Source: an uncultured Planctomycetia bacterium (GTDB lineage: Bacteria > Omnitrophota > Gorgyraeia > 2-02-FULL-51-18). From it: 64,000 nt of DNA. Location of the stretch: positions 53,132 to 117,131 of the forward strand of contig CAYSKO010000003.1 of assembly GCA_964431835.1 (NCBI GenBank). The letters are read 5' to 3'. This document shows positions 57,070 through 64,000 of this stretch, piece by piece. The notes beneath the pieces are model-generated. The model saw only the letters and a program-made list of their open reading frames with translations. It searched no databases and was not told where the DNA came from. Position 1 is the stretch's first letter; each line of letters starts with the position of its first letter. The translations under genes were made by a program, and so were the position numbers.

Positions 57070-57462
57070 TTACGTGCGCTGCCGCGGGTCCGCGAAAGAG
57101 CGCCGTCCCCGGACAGGTTCGTCGTGCGTCGAACAATCGGTGGCGAGCTTCACGAGAAGAAGCGCGCTGCCGGCCACCGTGAAAAAAAACGAAGTGGGGC
57201 GGTGGTTGAAGTCCGCGAGCCACGGAAGGAGCATGGATGCGACCGCGGCCGCGGATTCCATCGCTCCGTGGACCCCACAAGAAATCCATTTCACGAGGCC
57301 GAAGGAATAGGCGGTAAGAAGCGAAAGCGCCGCGTGAGCGAACGCGATCGAGTACGCGATACGGGCCGCGTCGCCTGGAAAATCGAATATCGTTGGTGCG
57401 GCGGTGAAAGCGAGAACCAGCGTGAAATCGACCACCGCGTGAGATACCGAATTAAGCTTCAA
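57070..57462 (-). CDS. Small four-TM membrane protein (SPW-repeat-like)
   Basis: HAVVDF, SLLTAY..G.VK.I....HG..E, PWL; TTG start. Confidence 0.6.
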   Translation of the reverse strand: MKLNSVSHAVVDFTLVLAFTAAPTIFDFPGDAARIAYSIAFAHAALSLLTAYSFGLVKWISCGVHGAMESAAAVASMLLPWLADFNHRPTSFFFTVAGSALLLVKLATDCSTHDEPVRGRRSFADPRQRT

Positions 57463-57498
57463 AATGATCTCCGTAAAAGAACGGTCTTTGTGAATACA

Positions 57499-57604
57499 GG
57501 ATAGCGCTGGAGGAATTAGAGAACGGTTAGATTGGGATTAAAAGTTTCTAAGCTCTTAAGGGGCTATCGAGAAAACGGATTAGAGCGGGATTAGATTATT
57601 TTAA
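57499..57604 (-). promoter_or_regulatory. Shared stress promoter, copy E, with extra upstream half-sites
   Basis: GGATA at 57499; TTA at 57516, 57527, 57538, CTA at 57548; second set at 57580, 57591, 57601. Confidence 0.65.
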
Positions 57605-60600
57605 GGATTTTCGGGAGGTTTGACGGGAAAGCGGACCGTGAAAACGGAGCCCTCACCCGGGCGGCTGCGCGCGACGAGCGAGCCGCCCTGACGCTGGATT
57701 ATTTTCTGGCAGATCGCCAAGCCGATTCCGGTGCCGGGGTACTCTTCCCTTCCGTGCAGCCTCTGGAAAGGTTTGAAAATGCGGTCGAGGTATTTTTCGT
57801 CGAAGCCGATGCCGTTGTCGGTGACCGTGATCTCGTGGAAATCGCCGTCGGCGCGGCCTTCGACGCGGATGAGCGGCGTCACGTCCTTTTTCGAAAACTT
57901 AAGTGAGTTCCCGACGAGATTTTGGAAGAGCTGTTTCATGTAGAGCGGGTTCGCCAAAACGACGGGAAGGGCGTGGGTTTCGATGATCGCGCCGGTCTGC
58001 GTGATGCGCGCTTCGAGGTCCTGTATCGTCTCGCGGAGGGTTTGCTCGAGGTCCACCTCGCTCACCAGCGCCTCTTTCGAAGTGACGCGTGAGAAATTGA
58101 GGAGGTCCTCGATCAGCGTCTTCATACGGAGCGCGGCTCCCTGCATGCGGTCGAAGTAATCTTTTTCCGTCGCGCCCATTCCCGGGATCTCGCGGGCCTT
58201 GAGCCGGTCCGAGAACGCGATGATCTTACGGAGCGGTTCCTGCAGGTCGTGCGAGGCGACGTAGGCGAACTGTTCGAGTTCCTTGTTCGATTCGACGAGC
58301 TGCAGCGTCTTCTCTCTAAGGCTCTCCTCCGCCAGCTTCTGGCCGTGGATCTCCGTGCACGTCCCGAACCATTTGACGACGCACCCGTGTTCGTCTTGCT
58401 GCGAAAATCCCCGGCCCAGATGCCACCGGTAGGTCCCATCCGAGCGGCGGAGGCGGTATTCGACGTCGTACGCCCCTTCACCGTGGACGGCGGCGAGCCA
58501 GGATTGGATCGTTTTCGCCTTGTCGTCCGGGTGCAGGACGACGAGCCAACCTTGGCCCAGGGAGGCGTCCGGGGAAAGCCCGGTGTACTCGTACCACCGG
58601 GCATTGAAGTAGTCGACGTTGCCGTCGGGCCGTGTGGTCCAGACGATCTGAGGGATCGCTTCGGAGAGCGTCCGAAGCGATCCTTCGTTCTCGCGGGACA
58701 CCTCATAGAGGCGCGCGTTGTCGAGCGCGAGAGCCGTGCGGCGCGCAATCTCGCGCGCCACGGAAAGGTCGGTCGCGTCGTAGCGGCGGCCGGATTCAGA
58801 CGTGACGAACGTGATCGCGCCGTACGCGCGGTCCCGCGCAACGAGCGGCACCGTCATACCGGAAACGAGCCCGAGCGATTTGAGCACGGAAAGATGGTGC
58901 GCATCCTTCGCGACTGCCTCCAGAAATTCGCTTTGTATTTCCTGAATGAATTCGGCCTGACCCGTGCGGATGACGTGGCCGGCGCCGTGCGGATCGCCGG
59001 GCGACGGCGGATAACGCCGCACGAGGTCCCGGGCGATCTCCACTTTCGCGGAATCGCCGTGCGCGATCACAGCGTGTTCGATCGACCCATCCTCCTTCGT
59101 GAGATAGACCGCGCACCAGTCCGCGAAGTGAGGCACGATGACCCGCGTCAGATGACCCGCCATCTTCTGCGCGTTGAGCGTCCGCGAAAGGATCTCGTTG
59201 GCCTCCGCGAGAAGACGGAGATTCTCCTCTTCCCTCTTTCGCGCCGTGATGTCGATGACCGAACCGATCATCCCGGCGAATTCGCCGTCGCGGAAGCGCG
59301 GCTCGCCGTGCGCGAGTACCCAGCGGTACTGCCCGTCGTAGCGCCGCAAGCGGTATTCGTAGCGGAATTTACCGCGCTCCCTGATGGCCGCACCGTAAAC
59401 CGAGACGAGCAATTCAGCGTCGTCGGAATGGACGAATTGAAGCCACCCTTCACCGGCGTTTTTTTCAAGCGACGCGCCGGTGAAATTAAGCCAAGGTTTG
59501 TTGAAGTAGTCCCGGCGGCCGTCGGCCCGCGAAGTCCAGATCATCACCGGTGCCGAATCGGCCATTGTTCGGAAGCGCTCTTCGCTCTCGGCGATTGCGA
59601 TCTCCGCGAGCCTTTTCTCGGTCACGTCGCGCGTGAAGCAGCGCGTGTGGACGAACTTGCCGTCCTCCCAATAGACGTCCGAAGAAATCAGTACGTGGCG
59701 GATCGAACCATCCCTGCACTTGAGACGCGCTTCGCGGCTGTGGAGCTTCTCGCCGCTGGTGAGCCGCTTCAGGATGTCCTCGATCACGTCGGAATCGGCG
59801 TGGAACTCGGCGATGTGCCGGCCGACGTATTCGTGGGGCTCGTAACCGAGCATCTCGAGCTCGGTGCGGTTGGCGCGTAGAATCGTCCCGTCCGGGCCGA
59901 CCCAGTGCAGGCCGACGGTGGCATTTTCGAAGAAATCGTTCAGCGCGCGGTAGGCCTGTTCGAGCTCGGCGGTGCGCTCCCGGACGTGGCTTTCGAGCTC
60001 GCGGTTCGAGGCCTCTAGCGCGTCCTCGATGCGTTTGCGCTCGGTCATGTCGCGCAGGATCATGGCGAAGCCCAAGAGTTTCTTGTCGGCGGCGCGCAGG
60101 ACGGTGAGGGTGGCGTGGGTCCAGAAGCGGCTGCCGTCCTTGCGGAGCCGCCAGCCTTCTTCGCAGTACACGCCCTTACGCACGGCGACCCGGAGCCCCT
60201 CTTCGGTTCTCCCCTTGTCTTCGGGCAAGTAGAACACCGAGAAATGACGGCCGATGATCTCTTCGGGCGCGTATCCCTTGAGACGCTCGGCACCGGCATT
60301 CCAGGTGGCCACGTTGCCGTCGGGATCGAGCAGGAAAATCGCGTAGTCTTGCACGGTTTCGACGAGTAGCCGGAAACGCTCCTCGCTCTGGCGGAGTGCC
60401 TCTTCGGATTGCCTTTTTTCCGTGATGTCTTGGCCGGTACCGATGAGGCGGCAGACCTTGCCCCCCGTGTCTTTCACAACGCGGCCGCGCGCTTCGAGGA
60501 TTCGGAACGTGCCGTCGGGCCGCAGGATGCGGTGCTCGAGCTGAAACGGCTTGCCGTCTTTGACCGCCTGTTGGACGCGCTCCCGCACGGCGGAGGCGTC

Positions 60601-61140
60601 GTCGGCCGGCAGACGCTCGAGAAAAGAATCGAACGTGAGCGGCCGGTCACCGGGCTTCAGTCCGTAAATGCGGTAAAGCTCGGCCGACCAAGCGACCTTG
60701 CTGGTTTTCACGTCCCAGCTCCAGCTTCCGACCCGGGCGACCGACTGGGCTTCGTCGAGTGCGTTGCGGGATTCGGCCAGTTGCTCGAAGCTCGATTTCA
60801 ATTCCGCATTGCGCGCGCTAAGCTCCTTATTGGCAGACTTGAGCTCCTGGTTCACGGGGTCGCGTAAGAAGCTCGTGACGCGAATCAGGAGATCCTGATA
60901 GAGCTCCTGGGCTTCCGCGGGATTCTTTTTGAGGTAGTCGAGGTACCGCTCGAACTTTTTGATCTTGCGGAGCGACATGCGCCGCTGGATGCGGCGCTGG
61001 ATCGTGGGAGACTTGTACAGGCGGAAATCGACCCCGCTCGTCGTGTGGAGAAGGGTGAGAATCCCCTCCACCCCCTCTTTGGCGGGCAACTTCTTAATGA
61101 CTCTGCCATTTTTAAGCGAACTGCGGCGCCGGGCTTTCAT
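57601..61140 (-). CDS. Cytoplasmic multi-PAS/GAF sensor histidine kinase with an N-terminal CheR remnant
   Basis: About five PAS/PAC domains, one GAF, H-box ASHDLQEPLR, N-box QNLVGNSLKF, DNGIG, GTGIGL. Confidence 0.92.
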   Translation of the reverse strand: MKARRRSSLKNGRVIKKLPAKEGVEGILTLLHTTSGVDFRLYKSPTIQRRIQRRMSLRKIKKFERYLDYLKKNPAEAQELYQDLLIRVTSFLRDPVNQELKSANKELSARNAELKSSFEQLAESRNALDEAQSVARVGSWSWDVKTSKVAWSAELYRIYGLKPGDRPLTFDSFLERLPADDASAVRERVQQAVKDGKPFQLEHRILRPDGTFRILEARGRVVKDTGGKVCRLIGTGQDITEKRQSEEALRQSEERFRLLVETVQDYAIFLLDPDGNVATWNAGAERLKGYAPEEIIGRHFSVFYLPEDKGRTEEGLRVAVRKGVYCEEGWRLRKDGSRFWTHATLTVLRAADKKLLGFAMILRDMTERKRIEDALEASNRELESHVRERTAELEQAYRALNDFFENATVGLHWVGPDGTILRANRTELEMLGYEPHEYVGRHIAEFHADSDVIEDILKRLTSGEKLHSREARLKCRDGSIRHVLISSDVYWEDGKFVHTRCFTRDVTEKRLAEIAIAESEERFRTMADSAPVMIWTSRADGRRDYFNKPWLNFTGASLEKNAGEGWLQFVHSDDAELLVSVYGAAIRERGKFRYEYRLRRYDGQYRWVLAHGEPRFRDGEFAGMIGSVIDITARKREEENLRLLAEANEILSRTLNAQKMAGHLTRVIVPHFADWCAVYLTKEDGSIEHAVIAHGDSAKVEIARDLVRRYPPSPGDPHGAGHVIRTGQAEFIQEIQSEFLEAVAKDAHHLSVLKSLGLVSGMTVPLVARDRAYGAITFVTSESGRRYDATDLSVAREIARRTALALDNARLYEVSRENEGSLRTLSEAIPQIVWTTRPDGNVDYFNARWYEYTGLSPDASLGQGWLVVLHPDDKAKTIQSWLAAVHGEGAYDVEYRLRRSDGTYRWHLGRGFSQQDEHGCVVKWFGTCTEIHGQKLAEESLREKTLQLVESNKELEQFAYVASHDLQEPLRKIIAFSDRLKAREIPGMGATEKDYFDRMQGAALRMKTLIEDLLNFSRVTSKEALVSEVDLEQTLRETIQDLEARITQTGAIIETHALPVVLANPLYMKQLFQNLVGNSLKFSKKDVTPLIRVEGRADGDFHEITVTDNGIGFDEKYLDRIFKPFQRLHGREEYPGTGIGLAICQKIIQRQGGSLVARSRPGEGSVFTVRFPVKPPENP

Positions 61141-61200
61141 GTGGAATCCCCAGGGTTAGAAGGAAAGATTTTAGCGCTTTTTCGGACGGATGGAAAGGCC

Positions 61201-61785
61201 TTAAACGAGGTCGAAGATCAGAATTTCGGAGGGTTCCAGAGCCTCGAGAAGGAAACTTGTCTCTTCGCTGACGGCCGCGCCGTCGCCTGCCGAGAGGAAG
61301 GTCTTTTCCAAGCGGACCGCCCCCTCCTCCCCGCCCCGCGATGCGACTCTGCAGAGCCGGTTCCGGCGTTTTTCGGCCGCGAAGTTTTTTTGCTCGTAAC
61401 CGGGGGAGAGCCCCGGGCGCTCGGGAAGGATCCATATCTGGAGGAGGTGCACAGGCTCCGACGACGACGCGTTGAACTCGCTGTGCGTCACACCCGTGCC
61501 CGCCGACATTCGCTGGACGTCGCCGGGACGGATCACAGAGCCGTTTCCCATGCTGTCCTTGTGCTCCAGCGCCCCGGAAAGGACCACCGTGACGATCTCC
61601 ATATCACGGTGGGCGTGTGTGCCGAATCCTTTTCCGGGCTGAACGACGTCCTCGTTGATCACGCGCAGGGACCGGAAGCCCATGGAGGCCGGGTCGAAAT
61701 ACTCGGCGAAGGAGAAGGTGTGACGCGTATCGAGCCAGCCGTGGTTAAAGTGGCCCCTTTCGTCGGAGTGCCGAAGACGAATCAT
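61201..61785 (-). CDS. Pirin family protein (YhhW-like)
   Basis: [46 protein letters not shown]. Confidence 0.9.
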   Translation of the reverse strand: MIRLRHSDERGHFNHGWLDTRHTFSFAEYFDPASMGFRSLRVINEDVVQPGKGFGTHAHRDMEIVTVVLSGALEHKDSMGNGSVIRPGDVQRMSAGTGVTHSEFNASSSEPVHLLQIWILPERPGLSPGYEQKNFAAEKRRNRLCRVASRGGEEGAVRLEKTFLSAGDGAAVSEETSFLLEALEPSEILIFDLV

Positions 61786-61830
61786 GGTTCTACCATACCA
61801 CGCAGACGAACTTCATTAGAAGTTCTTAAG

Positions 61831-61850
61831 AAAAACGGCTGAATAAGCCG
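61831..61850 (-). terminator. Probable intrinsic terminator of the large gene
   Basis: Minus strand CGGCT-TATTC-AGCCG-TTTTT. Confidence 0.55.
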
Positions 61851-61862
61851 CCCCGGAAAGGA

Positions 61863-64000
61863 TTAGGCGGACGAAGCGACCGCGCGGAAAGCCACGTAGG
61901 CCCGGTAAAGCTCTTGAGAGAGCGTCTGGAGGGCGCGGACGATGAGGCCCTTGTCCTCGTACGCCTGAGCCGTCGTGCCGGGCGCAACTTTCTGGAGGAA
62001 CTGGATTTCGTTCGCGCTGACGCGGGAGGCTTTGGTGAGGCTCTTGACCATCTGCTGAAGAATTTCGTCCTCCGCGTCCGTTACCGCGGCGGCGATGGCG
62101 GCGCGGATGTACTGTTCGTGCGGCATCACGTTGAAGTTCTGCGCGTCGGCGACGCCTTGTTGGACAGGCAGGTAACCCGCACCGAGCTCCGCGGCGCGGT
62201 CGATGATCCCCTGATTCCGCACGCCCGAGAAGAATCGCTTCGCTCCCCGCTCGATCTCGGCGCTGAGCGCGTCGGACTGCATCCCTTCGAAGTTCTCGAG
62301 GCGTTTGCCGTCCTTGTCCGCGAACTCGATAAGGACGTTGAGCTTGGACGAAGCGTCTTTGAACTCTTGCTTGAGTAGTTGGACGACGCGAGAAATCTCC
62401 CTCGGATCCTGGCTTTCGACTCCGAGCGTGTAAATGACGGTCTTCGACTCGTTGAGCCGGGAGACAAGCCTCCGGAGTTGTCCTTTTGACGTCCGGTCGC
62501 CGGCAGCTGCTTCATCCAGAGCCATGCGCACGATCGGGTCGGCGGTTTCGGTGCCGGCGGGCGCCGGAGCCGCTTGGCGAAGAGCCGCGGCGCCGAGGGT
62601 GACGGCGGCAGTTTCGGCGCTAGCTCCGGTCGGGTCGTTCAAATCGACGCGATAGCCGGCACGCTGCTTGACGAACTCGGCTCCCGTGAAGCCTGTTGAG
62701 ACGGTGATGGGTAGAACGCCGCGCCCGAGAACGCTTGAGGCGTCCTGAGCGGCGATCGAAGAGAAAAGCGCTTGGTCGGCGGCGTTCGTTTGGACGGTAA
62801 AGTTCTGCGGCAAACGTCCGGAGACGCCGTAAAACGCCTGGAAACTGTCCGCACGAGCCCCCGACCCGACGGCACCGGCCTCGGCGTCGATCCTCGAGAA
62901 CAGAAGGTCCTGTTGCCGGGCGATCTCGCTGAGCGCCTCGGCTTCCGTCGCCAAACGAGCCCCCTGCATCGACGCGAGCTTCGCCTGAGCGGCCTCGATC
63001 TGAGAGCGGCGCTCTTGAGTGTCGGGGCCTTCGGCCAGAGCTTTCTTTTCTTTCTCGAATTCGCCGGAGGCGGCCTTCAGGGCGGCGACGGCAAGCGCGC
63101 GGGAGTCGGGGGCGAAGACGCTCGTGTAATACTTTTGGGCCACGCGCTGGGATTCGTTGGCCGGAGCGAGCGTCGGAAGAAGCGTCGCCGCCGCGTCCAC
63201 GTCGGTCAAGGCTCCGAGCCGGGCGAGGCCTTGGGCGCCGTTCTTTGCGTATTCGTAGAGGAGTTGTCCCAGATTGGCGACGAGAATGTTCTTCACGTGA
63301 TTCTTCGAGGCGTCGAGAAGGCCCGCGCGGATGGTTTCGCGGAGCGCTTGGACGGTCGCGAAGTTGGGGTCGATGACCCGCGTCTCTTGGTAGATGCCGT
63401 CGATGATCACGAAGTCGGCGGCGGCGTCGGCGACGTGGCCCGAGAAGCCCTGCGTACGTAAAGTCTCAAGGAACGCGACGGCGCTGGCCTGGGTGCGCTG
63501 AGTGGTCTCGATGAAGGAGACGACCTCGGCGTTGGGGACGCCGGGCTGGAGGCGCGTCTTGTCTTCCAGCATCGAGCGGACGTTGTCGAATCCGAAGTAC
63601 TTGGCGGTATTGACGCCGGCGTCGGCTTCCTTGATGAGGCCCGCGGCGTTGCGGCTGTAGATTTCAGAGACAACGAGAGCGGAGAAGTCGGTGATGTTGG
63701 AGGTGATGACCTTGGCGCGTTTCAGCCACTCGCCGTTGCCCGGCACGATGCGGTCGAAGCCGTAGGCGAGCGCGGAGGCCTGGACGATCGTATCCACACC
63801 CTCTCCCCTTACGCCGAGGAGCTCGGCGGCCCTCAAGGCGAGCGCGCGGCGAAGGTCATCGGCGGAGGTCGGGGTCGAAGTCGACTGGTCGATGAGAAGG
63901 ATGGGGTCCAAGCCCTTGGCCGTGATCTCGGCGGCCGCGCCCTGGAAGAGCGGCGAGGGAATGTTTTTCAAGACGATGTTCTTCACGAAGTCGATCGGGA
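61863..64000 (-). CDS. C-terminal >700 aa of a large uncharacterised protein (open at the window edge)
   Basis: The frame has no stop up to 64000; codon usage looks gene-like; Ala-rich helical sequence with no domain I recognise. Confidence 0.75.
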   Translation of the reverse strand, partial: PIDFVKNIVLKNIPSPLFQGAAAEITAKGLDPILLIDQSTSTPTSADDLRRALALRAAELLGVRGEGVDTIVQASALAYGFDRIVPGNGEWLKRAKVITSNITDFSALVVSEIYSRNAAGLIKEADAGVNTAKYFGFDNVRSMLEDKTRLQPGVPNAEVVSFIETTQRTQASAVAFLETLRTQGFSGHVADAAADFVIIDGIYQETRVIDPNFATVQALRETIRAGLLDASKNHVKNILVANLGQLLYEYAKNGAQGLARLGALTDVDAAATLLPTLAPANESQRVAQKYYTSVFAPDSRALAVAALKAASGEFEKEKKALAEGPDTQERRSQIEAAQAKLASMQGARLATEAEALSEIARQQDLLFSRIDAEAGAVGSGARADSFQAFYGVSGRLPQNFTVQTNAADQALFSSIAAQDASSVLGRGVLPITVSTGFTGAEFVKQRAGYRVDLNDPTGASAETAAVTLGAAALRQAAPAPAGTETADPIVRMALDEAAAGDRTSKGQLRRLVSRLNESKTVIYTLGVESQDPREISRVVQLLKQEFKDASSKLNVLIEFADKDGKRLENFEGMQSDALSAEIERGAKRFFSGVRNQGIIDRAAELGAGYLPVQQGVADAQNFNVMPHEQYIRAAIAAAVTDAEDEILQQMVKSLTKASRVSANEIQFLQKVAPGTTAQAYEDKGLIVRALQTLSQELYRAYVAFRAVASSA

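Noticed and set aside
61815-61830. ATTAGAAGTTCTTAAG upstream of pirin as a sixth regulon promoter
   Set aside because: It matches only the two distal half-sites and its spacing to the -10 differs, so it was not counted.
230-63461. Numerous long overlapping ORFs, for example 18986-20779 (+), 58249-59880 (+), 45919-47472 (+), 11749-13254 (-)
   Set aside because: Antisense or frame-shifted shadows of well-supported genes in high-GC DNA; Arg/Ala/Pro-rich, without motifs or RBS.

Overview
A 64-kb, GC-rich bacterial chromosomal segment with almost all genes on the minus strand. The organism has an outer membrane (TonB system, beta-barrels); a PVC-group/Candidatus Omnitrophota-like origin is only a tentative guess. 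Left to right it contains: a metal-homeostasis operon (CsoR/RcnR repressor, RAPP leader peptide, outer-membrane barrel, ZnuA-like binding protein); a Fur-boxed TonB receptor-exbBD-tonB operon running straight into phnDCE; a general-stress block (TreZ, glycogen debranching enzyme, BON, PA2169, EgtBD, CBS, Gfo, YhfW-like); housekeeping genes (rlmN, a stand-alone nuoJKLMN, amtB-glnK, ppa, nadK, pyruvate dehydrogenase, lipoate ligase); a trehalose operon whose OtsA carries a TM-sensor-TM-HAMP-like input module; a multi-PAS histidine kinase; and the C-terminus of a large unknown protein. I found no CRISPR array, tRNA, rRNA or transposase. Top observations: (1) five stress operons share one promoter architecture (four TAA half-sites spaced 10/11/11 bp, ending 12 bp before TATAA), suggesting an undescribed general-stress regulon; (2) twin intergenic hairpins have unrelated 25-27 bp stems but a near-identical, mutually complementary 31-nt core; (3) the OtsA is fused to a sensor module; (4) a CruR-like RAPP arrest peptide sits under a CsoR operator; (5) a Fur-boxed TonB receptor is coupled to PhnDCE. 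All calls come from reading the sequence and recalling motifs; no searches were run.
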